In this document: piece after piece, positions 27,581 to 38,114 of the stretch
Layout of the letters: every line of letters begins with the position of its first letter
How positions within the stretch are numbered: position 1 is the first letter of the stretch
Assembly (NCBI GenBank): GCA_041586155.1
Contig: JBFHAT010000002.1
Span: forward strand, 53,635-117,634
Source: Acidimicrobiia bacterium
Lineage (GTDB): Bacteria; Actinomycetota; Acidimicrobiia; Spongiisociales; JAENVV01
DNA length: 64,000 nucleotides
Direction of reading: 5' to 3'
Position numbers and translations under genes: made by a program
The notes under the pieces: model-generated
Database searches by the model: none
Told to the model about the DNA's origin: nothing
Seen by the model: only the letters and a program-made list of their open reading frames with translations

Positions 27581-28516
27581 ATGCACCAAGAAGACAGCCG
27601 CTATCACGTTCCGGCGATGGTGAACGAGGTACTGACGATGTTCGAGCAGACCAGCCACGGTGTGGTCCTCGATGCCACCTTCGGAGGTGGAGGGCACAGT
27701 CGTGCTCTCCTGGAGGCGCTCCCAGGGATCGAGCTGGTGGCCGTCGACCGAGACCCCGATGCGGCGGCCAATGCGGACTGGCACCTGGCGACCGGTCGTT
27801 TCTCGCTGATCCAGGGCGACTTCGCAGACTTGGCGACGATCTTGGCTCACGCCGGCGTGTCCGCGCTCAGCGGAGCACTCTTCGACCTCGGGGTGTCGAG
27901 CCACCAGCTCGACGACGCCGGACGCGGGTTCTCCTACCACCGGTCCGGCCCCCTCGACATGAGGATGGGGCCGGACGCACCTCACCTTGCCTCCGAGATC
28001 GTGAACGAATGGTCCGAAGCCGATCTGGCTTCGGCGATTCGGCGATTCGGCGAGGAGCGTCACGCTCGGCGTATCGCACGGGCGATCGTGCGTGCGAGGC
28101 CTTTGAACGACACCGCGGCGTTGGCCGATGTCGTGCGGGCCGCCGTTCCCGCCGCCGCCCGATACGGCGGCGCCCATCCCGCTCGTAGAACGTTTCAGGC
28201 CATCCGGATCGCCGCCAATGACGAGTTGGCCGCGCTCCGCGCCGGCTTGGACTGCGCCCTGGGAGAATTGGCGACACTCGGTCGCTGCGTTGTCATCTCC
28301 TACCACTCGCTGGAAGATCGGATTGTCAAACGCCGATTCGCCCAGGGCGCCCAAGATTGCATTTGCCCGCCGGATTTGCCCGTGTGCGGGTGCGACCGGG
28401 TCGCCGAGTTGCGGATCCTCACCCGCAAACCGCTGCGCCCAGGTGAGGACGAGGTGAAGCGCAATCCACGGGCGAGAAGCGCCCGCCTGCGCGCCGCCGA
28501 GAAGGTGGCAGCGTGA
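27581..28516 (+). CDS. rsmH: 16S rRNA (cytosine1402-N4)-methyltransferase
   Basis: HVPAM...LDATFGGGGHS; MraW family. ATG at 27581; an alternative ATG lies near 27488. Confidence 0.85.
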   Translation: MHQEDSRYHVPAMVNEVLTMFEQTSHGVVLDATFGGGGHSRALLEALPGIELVAVDRDPDAAANADWHLATGRFSLIQGDFADLATILAHAGVSALSGALFDLGVSSHQLDDAGRGFSYHRSGPLDMRMGPDAPHLASEIVNEWSEADLASAIRRFGEERHARRIARAIVRARPLNDTAALADVVRAAVPAAARYGGAHPARRTFQAIRIAANDELAALRAGLDCALGELATLGRCVVISYHSLEDRIVKRRFAQGAQDCICPPDLPVCGCDRVAELRILTRKPLRPGEDEVKRNPRARSARLRAAEKVAA

Positions 28517-28911
28517 CTGCCCAGCCGATCGTTCGCGGCCGGCCCCGCATCCGGATCGTGGCATCTCGACGGCTGCCTGCCCAGAGGATCTCGGGGTGGC
28601 TCATCTCGTCGGTCGTGGTCGCGCTCGTGTTCTTCGGCCTCATCTATTCTCATACGCGCCTCAACACCAGCGCGCTCGAGCTGCAGCGACTCGAATCCGA
28701 GATCGGCGCCGAGCTGGACAAGATGGAAACGCTCAATCTCGAGGTAGCCCGACTGCAGTCCCCGGCCATCGTGGCTCCCGCAGCCGAGCAACTTGGCTTG
28801 GTGTTCCCGACTGAGATGCGAACCCTCACGGCTCCCGGCGTCGTCGTGCAATCCGATGCGGAGGTCGAGCGGCTGGCCGACCTCAAGGCGGCATTGGGAG
28901 AAGTCAGATGA
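28513..28911 (+). CDS. ftsL: Cell division protein FtsL-like (septum formation initiator)
   Basis: Single TM helix plus coiled coil. GTGA overlap with rsmH. Position between rsmH and ftsI matches the usual dcw order. Confidence 0.6.
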   Translation: MTAQPIVRGRPRIRIVASRRLPAQRISGWLISSVVVALVFFGLIYSHTRLNTSALELQRLESEIGAELDKMETLNLEVARLQSPAIVAPAAEQLGLVFPTEMRTLTAPGVVVQSDAEVERLADLKAALGEVR

Positions 28912-28996
28912 GCAGACACGAGGCCCGACCTGGCGCTGGAGGGCGAGCTGACGGCGGGTATCCGCCTCTTCCGGCGGTCCGGGTCCGGCGAAGACG

Positions 28997-30706
28997 ATGA
29001 CCAAGCGCGGGAAGCCCCGCGCCTCCCGTCGACTCCGTGCCAACGACACTCGCGTGCTGGCGGTTGCGTTCGTCATGCTCGCAGCCTGGGCGACCGTGGG
29101 GTATCAGCTCTTTCAGATCCAGGTGGTTCGGGCGAGCGATTACGAGGAGAGCTCCCGTGCTCAGCGAGAGCGCGAGTATGTGCTGCCGGCTCGTCGAGGG
29201 CACATCTATGACCGCAACGGGCACGAACTCGCGATCACCATCGACGGTGTCACCGTGGTCGCCAACCCCACCGAGGTCGTCGATGTGGAGGTCACCGCCG
29301 CGTTGGTCTCAGGTCTCTTGGATCTCGATCAGGCCGAGACCGTCGACAAGCTGACTCGTGATGCTCAATTCGTCTATCTGCGCCGACAGATGGAGCCCAA
29401 CGACGTCGCCGACCTGCGGGAGCTGGAGCTCCCGGGTATCTATTTCACCAACGAGCCAAAGCGGGTTTATCCGGCGGGACCCTTGGCCGCACAGGTGGTG
29501 GGGTTCGTCAACATCGACGGGCAGGGCCAGGAAGGCCTCGAATACTTCTATGACGACCAACTGGCCGGGATCGACGGCTTCCAGCGGATCGAGCGCGATC
29601 CGGCCGGCCGTTTGATCCCCCAGGGGGTGCTCGAAGTGGTCCCGGCGCAGCCCGGCCTCGATCTCGTCACCACCATCGATGCCAGCATCCAATTCACCGC
29701 CGAGTCGGCGTGCAACGACACCATCGAGCGCACCGCCGCCGCCGCGTGCACGATCGTCGTACTCAACCCGACCAACGGTGAGGTTCTGGCGATGGCCGTG
29801 GTCCCGAGCTTCGACCCGAACGAGGTCGGCCAGGCGGACCCAGAATCTCTGACCAACCGGGCGGTACGTCACACCTATGAGCCCGGCTCTACCCAGAAGC
29901 TCGTCACGGTGGCGGCTGCCCTCGAGGAAGGCGCATTGGATTGGACCACGGAGTTCGAGGTGCCCTATTCCAAGAACGTGGCCAACTGGACGTTCACGGA
30001 CTTCGGCAATCCCCGCCCAGCCGAGACGATGACCGTGAAGGACATCGTGACACGCTCGTCGAACGTGGGAACCATCCTGGTACAGCAGGCGCTCGGTGAC
30101 GAGTCGCACCGCCGTTACCTCGATGCGTTCGGGTTCGGCCATGCGACCGGAGTGGACTTCTCCGCCGAAGCCGAAGGAATGGTGTCCGTCGACGAATCGT
30201 GCGGATCGTGCACTGCATCGGCGGCGATCGGATATTCCGTCACCGCAACGCCGCTGCAGATGGCGGCGGTCTACGCCACCATTGCCAACGACGGCGTGTG
30301 GGTTCAACCCCACTTGGTCGCCGACACGGTTGACGGGAACGGCCAGGAGCACGAGGTAGTGCCCGACACCCGCCAGGTGGTGTCAGCAGACACGGCCCGC
30401 ACGATGCGGTTCCTGCTCGAGACGGTGGTCGCGGAGGGCACCGGTCAGAACGCATCGGTCCCCGGATACTCGGTGGGAGGCAAGACGGGGACGAGCCTCA
30501 TCGCCGTCGATGGCGCGTACACAGACCGCCACATGGCGAGCTTCATCGGCATGGCCCCGATAGCCGAGCCGCGGCTGGTTGTCGCAGTTGTCGTCGACTC
30601 GCCGATCAACGGGTATACAGGGGGGCTCGCTGCGGCGCCGGCGTTCGCAGACGTGATGGAAAAGTCACTGCATCATTTGGGAGTCGAACCCGATGCCGCC
30701 GATTGA
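28997..30706 (+). CDS. ftsI: Class B penicillin-binding protein (FtsI/PBP3-type transpeptidase)
   Basis: N-terminal TM helix; PBP dimerisation domain; transpeptidase motifs GSTQK, SSN, GKTGT. Confidence 0.9.
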   Translation: MTKRGKPRASRRLRANDTRVLAVAFVMLAAWATVGYQLFQIQVVRASDYEESSRAQREREYVLPARRGHIYDRNGHELAITIDGVTVVANPTEVVDVEVTAALVSGLLDLDQAETVDKLTRDAQFVYLRRQMEPNDVADLRELELPGIYFTNEPKRVYPAGPLAAQVVGFVNIDGQGQEGLEYFYDDQLAGIDGFQRIERDPAGRLIPQGVLEVVPAQPGLDLVTTIDASIQFTAESACNDTIERTAAAACTIVVLNPTNGEVLAMAVVPSFDPNEVGQADPESLTNRAVRHTYEPGSTQKLVTVAAALEEGALDWTTEFEVPYSKNVANWTFTDFGNPRPAETMTVKDIVTRSSNVGTILVQQALGDESHRRYLDAFGFGHATGVDFSAEAEGMVSVDESCGSCTASAAIGYSVTATPLQMAAVYATIANDGVWVQPHLVADTVDGNGQEHEVVPDTRQVVSADTARTMRFLLETVVAEGTGQNASVPGYSVGGKTGTSLIAVDGAYTDRHMASFIGMAPIAEPRLVVAVVVDSPINGYTGGLAAAPAFADVMEKSLHHLGVEPDAAD

Positions 30707-32129
30707 GCTGAGGGAATTGTCCGAGGCTGTCGGAGCCACGCTCGCCGGGCCTTCCGGCGGGCTGATCGACGATGTCGTTCACGACAGCCGCGATGCTCGT
30801 GCGGGTGCGCTGTTCGTGGCGATTCGAGGATTCACATCGGACGGACACGACCACGTCGAGCAAGCCGCCCTGAACGGCGCATCCGCCGCTTGCGTAGAGA
30901 CGCAGCAAGAAGTGGATCTCCCCCAACTGATCGTGCCCGACACTCGCCGGGCTCTGGCGAGGCTGGCCGACATCGTCCACGGCAGGCCTTCTCGCGCCCT
31001 CCAGGTGATCGGCGTGACGGGTACGAACGGAAAGACGACCGTGACGCACATGCTGGAGTCGATCGTTGTGGCATCTGGTCGACGTTCGGGAGTGATCGGC
31101 ACGGTCGGCGCCAAATCGGGAGACCGCTCGATCCGGCTGGCCCGCACCACGCCCGAGGCGTCGGATCTGCAGCGACTTCTCCGCGAAATGGTCGAAGACG
31201 GCGTGGAGGTCGTGGCGATGGAAGTCTCATCGCACGCACTCACGCTCGACAGAGTCGCCGAGATCGACTTCGCCGTCGCCGGCTTCACCAACCTCTCGAT
31301 CGACCACCTGGACTTCCATCCGAGCTTGTCGGAGTATTTCGAGGCCAAGGCGTCGCTGTTCGAGAGCTCGCGTCACAAAGTGATCCACCTGGGAGGATGG
31401 GGCGACGAGCTCGCCGCCCGCCATCCCGATGCCCTGCTCGTGGGCGCCGGCGGTGCGGTACAGGCGACGAGCGTGCTCGAGCGGCCCGAAGGAACCTCGT
31501 TCGATATCGTCGCCCCATCCGGCCGTGAGCCGGTGAACTTGCCGATGGCGGGCAGGTTCAATGTGGAGAACGCGCTGGTCGCAACCGGCTGCGCGTTGTC
31601 GGTCGGAGTCGGGCTCGACACCATTGCCCGCGGTCTGGAGAACCTGGCGGTGGTGCCCGGGCGGATGGAACGGATCGCGCATTCCGGCTCGTTTGACGTC
31701 TACGTGGACTATGCGCACACGCCCGACGGTATCGAGCGAGCGATCGAGGCCGCTCGCCGGTTCGCCACCGGGCGCATCGTCGTCGTGGTGGGGGCGGGAG
31801 GGGACAGAGACAAGGCCAAGCGACCACTCATGGGCCGAGCAGCCGGTGCGGCGGATGTCCTGTGGATCACCTCCGACAACCCCCGCTCCGAGCCGCCAGC
31901 GGTCATCATCGACGAGGTGACTGCCGGCGTGGATGAAGCCTCGGTGGAGCTGAACGTCGAACCTGATCGCCGTCTCGCCATCGCGGCGGCGTTGCGGTCG
32001 GCCGGCCCAGGCGACGTCGTCTTGATTCTCGGCAAGGGTCACGAGCAAGGACAAGACGTGGGTGGGGTGGTGACCCCGTTTGATGACCGGGCGGTGGCAC
32101 GAGAGGTCCTGGGAGCGGGTGCCCCATGA
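30693..32129 (+). CDS. murE: UDP-MurNAc-L-Ala-D-Glu:meso-DAP (or L-Lys) ligase
   Basis: Mur ligase motifs (GVTGTNGKTT; DNPR region). 478 aa. 14-nt overlap with the ftsI end. Confidence 0.9.
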   Translation: MPPIELRELSEAVGATLAGPSGGLIDDVVHDSRDARAGALFVAIRGFTSDGHDHVEQAALNGASAACVETQQEVDLPQLIVPDTRRALARLADIVHGRPSRALQVIGVTGTNGKTTVTHMLESIVVASGRRSGVIGTVGAKSGDRSIRLARTTPEASDLQRLLREMVEDGVEVVAMEVSSHALTLDRVAEIDFAVAGFTNLSIDHLDFHPSLSEYFEAKASLFESSRHKVIHLGGWGDELAARHPDALLVGAGGAVQATSVLERPEGTSFDIVAPSGREPVNLPMAGRFNVENALVATGCALSVGVGLDTIARGLENLAVVPGRMERIAHSGSFDVYVDYAHTPDGIERAIEAARRFATGRIVVVVGAGGDRDKAKRPLMGRAAGAADVLWITSDNPRSEPPAVIIDEVTAGVDEASVELNVEPDRRLAIAAALRSAGPGDVVLILGKGHEQGQDVGGVVTPFDDRAVAREVLGAGAP

Positions 32130-33190
32130 TCAGCATGTTGATCGCAGCAGGCCTCGCCTTCCTCGTCTCGATCTTCGGAACGCCGTACGCCATCCGGTTC
32201 CTCAGGCGCCGCAACATCGGTCAGTTCATCCAAGAGGAACTCGAGGGCCACATGCACAAGCACGGCACCCCCACCATGGGCGGGATCGTGATCGTTGCGG
32301 CCGTCACCGTCGGATACTTCCTCTCCCACATCTCCATCTCGGTGGCCGACGGCATCTCCTTGGTGCTTCTGCCGGTCCGTACCGGCGGGATGCTCGCCAT
32401 GCTCGCGTTCCTGGGAATGGGAATCATCGGCTTCATGGACGACTATCAAAAGGTCTCTCGTGAGCGCAACCTGGGTCTGTCCAAATCGGGGAAGTTCGGA
32501 GGCCAGCTCCTGATCGCCGGCGTGTTTGCCTGGGCCCTGTGGCGCACCGACATGGTGCTGGATGTCGGGTTCACTCGTCCGATTGGCATCGGCCTCCCGA
32601 TCTGGGCGTTCATCGTCCTCGTGTTGCTGATGCTCATTGCCACCGCCAATGCGGTGAACCTCACGGACGGGCTCGACGGGCTGGCGTCGGGGAGCGGGGC
32701 GCTCGTCTTTGGGGCGTACATGATCATGACCTTCTGGATCTTCAGGAACCCGGCTTTCTACGGCGAGTTCGTGTCCCAGGACTTGTCGGCGCTCGACCTC
32801 GCACGCTTCGCCGCCGCCATGCTCGGGTCGACTCTTGGGTTTCTGTGGTGGAACACGGCGCCGGCCCAGATCATCATGGGCGACGTCGGATCGCAGAGCC
32901 TGGGCGGAGGGATCGCCGCGCTGGCGCTGCTCACGAACACTCACCTACTGCTGCCGATCCTCGGCGGTCTGTTCGTCCTGGAGACGGTGTCGGTGATCCT
33001 CCAGGTGGGCAGCTTCCGAATGTTCGGGCGGCGGATCTTCCGTATCGCTCCCGTGCACCATCATTTCGAGCACGTCGGGTGGCCCGAGACGACGATCATC
33101 GTACGGTTCTGGATCATCGCCGCGATCGGCGTGGCGTTGGCGCTTGGGATCTTCTACGGCGACTTCATCACCTCCGGTGGGTTGTTGTGA
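32126..33190 (+). CDS. mraY: Phospho-N-acetylmuramoyl-pentapeptide transferase
   Basis: MraY motifs (NAVNLTDGLDGLA; GDVGSQSLGG; HHHFE). ATGA overlap with murE, so there is no murF between them. Confidence 0.95.
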   Translation: MISMLIAAGLAFLVSIFGTPYAIRFLRRRNIGQFIQEELEGHMHKHGTPTMGGIVIVAAVTVGYFLSHISISVADGISLVLLPVRTGGMLAMLAFLGMGIIGFMDDYQKVSRERNLGLSKSGKFGGQLLIAGVFAWALWRTDMVLDVGFTRPIGIGLPIWAFIVLVLLMLIATANAVNLTDGLDGLASGSGALVFGAYMIMTFWIFRNPAFYGEFVSQDLSALDLARFAAAMLGSTLGFLWWNTAPAQIIMGDVGSQSLGGGIAALALLTNTHLLLPILGGLFVLETVSVILQVGSFRMFGRRIFRIAPVHHHFEHVGWPETTIIVRFWIIAAIGVALALGIFYGDFITSGGLL

Positions 33191-34491
33191 GCCGCCTCCT
33201 GGTGCTTGGCAGCGGGATCTCGGGCACGGCCGCCGCGAGGCTGGCAACCCGTCGCGGTCATCGAGTCACCGTCTACGACTCCGATCCCGGTGCGGGCTTC
33301 CACCTCCTCAGTGAAGGCATGGCGGTCGTGACGGGCGATTGGTCCGACGACCTCCTCTCGGGAATCGATGTGGTGGTCACCAGCCCGGGAGTGCCGGAGC
33401 GATCTGCTCCTCTCACGGCGGCGCTCGAGCATCGGGTCCCGGTGTGGAGCGAGCTCGAATTCGCCTCGCATCATCTCGACAGTCCGATCGTGGCGGTGAC
33501 GGGTACCAACGGCAAGACGACGGTCACAGGTCTCGTCCACGACATGCTGGCGGGATCGGGAGTGCACACGACCGCCGCAGGGAACATCGGCACGGCGTTG
33601 AGCGACGTCGTCGACGAGGCATGGCAGGTGGTGGTGGTCGAGGCGTCCAGCTTTCAGCTCCGTTTCATCGATCAGTTTCACGCAGAGGTCGCAGTTGTCC
33701 TGAACGTCGCCGACGACCATCTCGATTGGCACGGCAGCTTCGCCAACTATCTGGCTGCCAAGGCACGCATCCTCGAGAATCAGACCCCCGAGGATGCCTT
33801 CGTCTACGACCGCGACGACGCGGCGGCCGCCGGACTCGCCGACCAGACACCGGCCAGGTGGATCGGCGTTTCGGGAGTGGAGGCGGGACCCGACGGCATC
33901 GGCCGGACCGGCGACGTCCTCAGCCTCGGTCGGGCGAAGATCCCGCTCGACGAGCTGTCGGTGTCCGATCGGGCATACCTTGTCGACTTGGCCGCCGCGG
34001 CAGCTGCCGCCGGGTGCGCCGGCGCCTCCGAGGAAGCGATCGAACAGGTCGTGCGCAGCTTCCGCCCCGGGGCGCATCGGCGTGAGGTCGTGGGGGTCAT
34101 CGACGGCGTTCCGTACATCAACGACTCGAAGGGGACCAACCCTCACGCCTCCTTGGCGGCCGTGGAGGCCTACCCGTCGGTCGTGCTCATCGCCGGCGGC
34201 CGCAACAAAGGCCTCGATCTGCGACCGCTGGCCGTCGCTCCGGCGATCCGTCACCTCATCGTGATGGGCGAAGCCGCCGATGAGCTGGCCGCCTCGGCCA
34301 TCGCCCCCTCGTCACACGTGGACAGCATGGATGACGCAGTGGCCGAGGCGCGCAGAATCGCGCGGCCCGGGGACGTGGTGCTGATGTCACCCGGCTGCGC
34401 CAGCTTCGACATGTTCACCGACTACCGCGACCGCGGTGAGGCGTTCGCGTCGATCGTCGCCGAACTCAACGGGGAGGAGGCATCTCCATGA
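33187..34491 (+). CDS. murD: UDP-MurNAc-L-Ala:D-Glu ligase
   Basis: GTGA overlap with mraY. VTGTNGKTT; Mur ligase C-domain. Confidence 0.9.
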   Translation: MSRLLVLGSGISGTAAARLATRRGHRVTVYDSDPGAGFHLLSEGMAVVTGDWSDDLLSGIDVVVTSPGVPERSAPLTAALEHRVPVWSELEFASHHLDSPIVAVTGTNGKTTVTGLVHDMLAGSGVHTTAAGNIGTALSDVVDEAWQVVVVEASSFQLRFIDQFHAEVAVVLNVADDHLDWHGSFANYLAAKARILENQTPEDAFVYDRDDAAAAGLADQTPARWIGVSGVEAGPDGIGRTGDVLSLGRAKIPLDELSVSDRAYLVDLAAAAAAAGCAGASEEAIEQVVRSFRPGAHRREVVGVIDGVPYINDSKGTNPHASLAAVEAYPSVVLIAGGRNKGLDLRPLAVAPAIRHLIVMGEAADELAASAIAPSSHVDSMDDAVAEARRIARPGDVVLMSPGCASFDMFTDYRDRGEAFASIVAELNGEEASP

Positions 34492-35678
34492 CAGCCGGAG
34501 TGACTTCGATCGCCAAGGCGAGGGCGGTAGCGCGGCGGACGGCCGAGACCAAGGTCGCCAATGCCCGCACCGCGGTATTCCTCATGGCGGTCGTCGGAGT
34601 GCTGTTGGTCGTCGGCCTGGGCGCAACGATGTCGGCGTCGTGGATCGTGGGCCTCGACGATGGCGACCAGTTCGGCTTCGTGCGTCAACAAGCCGTGGCG
34701 CTGCTCGTCGGCCTGATCCTCGCCGTGGTCGCCAGCCGCACTCCCTATCAGTGGTATCACCGGCTGGCCGTTCCGATCTTCGCGGTTGCAGTGGCGGGTC
34801 TCATCGCGGTGCTCGTCATCGGCGAGGTGCGGGCAGGAGCTCGTCGGTGGATCAGTGTCGGACCCATGCAGATGCAGCCGAGTGAACTGGCCAAGTTCGG
34901 CCTCGTCGTTATCGTTGCCTCGATCCTCACCAAGAAGGAGAAACGCCTCGGCGACCTCCGCCATTTCCTCATTCCCATCGGCATCCCCATTGCGATCGTG
35001 TCGCTTCTCCTGATGCAAGAACCTGACTTCGGCACGGCGATCGTGGTGGTCGCCGGGGCCTTCACCGCCGTGGCGCTCTCCGCCGCGCCGCTCCGATACA
35101 TCGTGACCCTCATCGGAAGCGGGCTGGCAGTCGCATCGCTCTTTGCGGTGACTGCGTCATACCGACTGGCGAGGGTCACCGCCTTCTTCGCCGACAACCC
35201 GGACCTGTTGGGCGACGGATATCAGTTGGATCAGAGCCTCAAGGCGCTGGGTACAGGCGGTCTCGGCGGTGTCGGGCTCGGTGAGAGCCGGGCCCGATGG
35301 CTGTTCCTGCCCAACGCCCACACCGACTTCATCTTCGCCATCATCGGCGAGGAGATCGGGTTCATCGGGGCGTCGTTCATCCTGGTGCTGTTTGCGGCCG
35401 TCACCGTGCTGGGCCTGATGATCGCATTGCGGGCGCCAGACCGCTTCGGGCGGCTTCTGGCCGGTGGATTGACGGGCTGGATCGTGGCGCAGGCGCTCGT
35501 CAACATCGGCGGCGTGGTGGGTTTGCTTCCGATCTCTGGCATCGCGCTGCCGTTCGTCTCGTACGGCGGGACGGCGCTCATCATGGCACTGGCGTGCGTC
35601 GGCGTCCTGATCAACATCGCCTCCCAGGGGCGCACCGGCGGACTGCATGGGTCCGGCCGCAACCGACGGCGGTCATGA
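34488..35678 (+). CDS. ftsW: Peptidoglycan glycosyltransferase FtsW (SEDS family)
   Basis: SEDS motifs (IGVVGLLPISGIALPFVSYGG). ATGA overlap with murD. Confidence 0.9.
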   Translation: MTAGVTSIAKARAVARRTAETKVANARTAVFLMAVVGVLLVVGLGATMSASWIVGLDDGDQFGFVRQQAVALLVGLILAVVASRTPYQWYHRLAVPIFAVAVAGLIAVLVIGEVRAGARRWISVGPMQMQPSELAKFGLVVIVASILTKKEKRLGDLRHFLIPIGIPIAIVSLLLMQEPDFGTAIVVVAGAFTAVALSAAPLRYIVTLIGSGLAVASLFAVTASYRLARVTAFFADNPDLLGDGYQLDQSLKALGTGGLGGVGLGESRARWLFLPNAHTDFIFAIIGEEIGFIGASFILVLFAAVTVLGLMIALRAPDRFGRLLAGGLTGWIVAQALVNIGGVVGLLPISGIALPFVSYGGTALIMALACVGVLINIASQGRTGGLHGSGRNRRRS

Positions 35679-36757
35679 CCTACGCCATCGCGGCTGCAGG
35701 CACCGGGGGCCACGTCTTCCCGGCGATCGCAGTCGCCGAGGCGCTGGTCGACCTCGGCGTGGACGGCGACACCATCGTGTTCTTCGGCGGAGATCGACTC
35801 GAGACCGAGCTGGTGCCGGCGGCCGGCTTCGGGCTCGTCTCGCTGCCGATGCGAGGCTTGGCCCGACGGCTGACCGCGCAGAACCTGACCTTGCCGGCGG
35901 TGGTGAACGCAGCGCGGAAGCGGGCCCGCACGGAGTTCCGTACGCGGGACGTACGTGTGTTGCTCGGCACCGGTGGGTATGCAACCGTGCCGACGACCAT
36001 GGCTGCCCGTGGCCTCGGGCTTCCGTACTTTCTCCAAGAGCAGAACGCTCACGCCGGGTTGGCCAACCGGCTCATGGCGCGGGGTGCTCGTCGAGTATTT
36101 ACGTCCTTTCCCATGACGCAAGGACTTGCAGAGGCGACATACGTCGGCAACCCGGTCCGTCGACGGCTCTCCCACTTCTCCCGGCCCGCCCTCCGCACCG
36201 ATGCCCTTGCGAGGTACGGGTTCGAACCGGGACGGGTCACGGTAGGGGTCGTTGGTGGAAGCCTGGGCGCCACGGCGCTCAACGAAGCCGTTGCAGCGCT
36301 CGTGGCGGGGTGGAGCGAGCCTCCCATTCAGATCGTCCATCTTGTCGGTACGCGCAACGCCGACATATACACCCGGCTTCGTACGGATACCAGGAATGTG
36401 ATCTGGCGCGTCGTACCATTCGAGGATCACATGGAGTTCTTCTTTGCCGCGAGCGACTTCGTGATTGCCCGATCGGGCGGGATGGTTGCGGAGATCACAG
36501 CCACGGCCACCCCGTCCATCCTCGTGCCCGGAGGCTTCGGCTCCAAAGGCCACCAGGCCGCTTCCGCCCGGCACCTCGTCTCCGAAGGAGCAGCGCTGAT
36601 CGTCTCGGAGGAGAACCTGGGGCAGCTGACCGAGATGGTCACAGCGTTGTCGATAGACCCCGATCGGCGCAGGCGCATGTCGGAGGCGGCAGCCAGGGTG
36701 GGCAAACCAAATGCAGCCCAGGTCATCGCCAGAGCCATGGTCGAGACGCATGCCTGA
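35675..36757 (+). CDS. murG: UDP-GlcNAc:lipid I GlcNAc transferase
   Basis: GGTGGHVFPA. ATGA overlap with ftsW. GT28 C-domain. Confidence 0.9.
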   Translation: MTYAIAAAGTGGHVFPAIAVAEALVDLGVDGDTIVFFGGDRLETELVPAAGFGLVSLPMRGLARRLTAQNLTLPAVVNAARKRARTEFRTRDVRVLLGTGGYATVPTTMAARGLGLPYFLQEQNAHAGLANRLMARGARRVFTSFPMTQGLAEATYVGNPVRRRLSHFSRPALRTDALARYGFEPGRVTVGVVGGSLGATALNEAVAALVAGWSEPPIQIVHLVGTRNADIYTRLRTDTRNVIWRVVPFEDHMEFFFAASDFVIARSGGMVAEITATATPSILVPGGFGSKGHQAASARHLVSEGAALIVSEENLGQLTEMVTALSIDPDRRRRMSEAAARVGKPNAAQVIARAMVETHA

Positions 36758-38114
36758 TCTCACCGTCTCGACTCGGATCCATGTGGTGGGTGCCGGCGGG
36801 GCCGGCATGAGCGCCCTGGCCAAACTTCTCAGTCAGCAGGGCCACATCGTGTCAGGGTCCGATCTCAAGGCGAGCGGCGGTCTCATGGGACTGGGCGATC
36901 TCGGCCTCGATGTCTGGGAGGGAAGTCGCGCTGATCGTCTGGAGGGTGTCGAGCTGCTGGTGGCGTCGTCGGCCGTCCCACCCACAGACGCCGAGTTGCA
37001 GTGGGCGCATGAGCACGGAATCACCATCTGGCAGAGACCGCAGCTCCTCGAGGCCCTGACCCGAGCCACTCCGGCCCTGGCCGTGACCGGCACGCACGGC
37101 AAGACCTCGAGCACTGCAATGCTGGTGACGGCATTGCGAGCTTGCGGGCGCGATCCGAGCTTCATCGTCGGCGGGACCATGCACGACCTGGCCACCAACG
37201 CACACCTGGGTGAGGAAGATCTCCTGGTCGTCGAGGCGGACGAGGCGTTCGGCACGTTCCTGCACCTTCACCTCGTCGGCCTGATGGTCACCAACGTCGA
37301 GGCCGAGCACCTTGAGTACTACGAGTCTCTGGACGAGATCGAAGATGCGTTTACGACCGTCGTTCGCGCCGTAACGGGTCCGGTCGTGGCGTGTGTCGAC
37401 GATCCCGGATCTCGCCGGTTGGCGGAGCGCACCGGGACCATCACGTACGGGACCCACGCCGAGGCCGACTGGCGGGTCGGAGCTCTCACCCACGAGGCAG
37501 ATCGGGTCAGTTTCGCTCTTCACCACGGCGGGCACGAATGGGCTGTCACCGTTCCGCAGCCCGGTGTCCACACTGCGCTGAACGCGGCCGGCGTGATCGC
37601 GCTGGCGGCCGAGCGCGGATTCGATCCTGCCGCCGCCGCACAAGGGCTCAGTAGGTTCGCCGGCGTGCAGCGCCGGTTCGACGCCAAGGGGGTCGTTTCG
37701 GGTGTCGCGTTGATCGATGACTACGCCCACCACCCCACGGAGGTGGCCGCGACGGTCAAGGCTGCGCTGGGCGGTGACTGGCGCAGGGTGTGGGCGGTGT
37801 TCCAGCCTCACCTGTATTCGCGGACTGCCGAATTCCATCAAGAGTTCGGAAGCGCCTTCGCTGGTGCCCACCACGTCGTCGTCACGGATGTATTCGGGGC
37901 GCGAGAGGCACCGGTTCCCGGCGTGACCGGACAGCTGGTCGCCCACGCGGCCGAGGCTCGCACCGACGCCATCGTCCATTACGTGCCTCACCGTTCCGAC
38001 CTCGCCGCCTATCTGTCCGAGCGGGTCGGTCCCGGTGATCTCGTACTCACGATGGGGGCCGGAGACATCACTCTTCTCTCCGACGAGCTGGCTTCGATCC
38101 TGGCCCGATCATGA
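36750..38114 (+). CDS. murC: UDP-MurNAc:L-Ala ligase
   Basis: VGAGGAGMSALA; VTGTHGKTSST. 8-nt overlap with murG. Confidence 0.9.
   Translation: MPDLTVSTRIHVVGAGGAGMSALAKLLSQQGHIVSGSDLKASGGLMGLGDLGLDVWEGSRADRLEGVELLVASSAVPPTDAELQWAHEHGITIWQRPQLLEALTRATPALAVTGTHGKTSSTAMLVTALRACGRDPSFIVGGTMHDLATNAHLGEEDLLVVEADEAFGTFLHLHLVGLMVTNVEAEHLEYYESLDEIEDAFTTVVRAVTGPVVACVDDPGSRRLAERTGTITYGTHAEADWRVGALTHEADRVSFALHHGGHEWAVTVPQPGVHTALNAAGVIALAAERGFDPAAAAQGLSRFAGVQRRFDAKGVVSGVALIDDYAHHPTEVAATVKAALGGDWRRVWAVFQPHLYSRTAEFHQEFGSAFAGAHHVVVTDVFGAREAPVPGVTGQLVAHAAEARTDAIVHYVPHRSDLAAYLSERVGPGDLVLTMGAGDITLLSDELASILARS

Noticed and set aside
35231-36823. 530-aa minus-strand ORF over ftsW/murG
   Set aside because: Antisense to coupled dcw genes; no recognisable domain.
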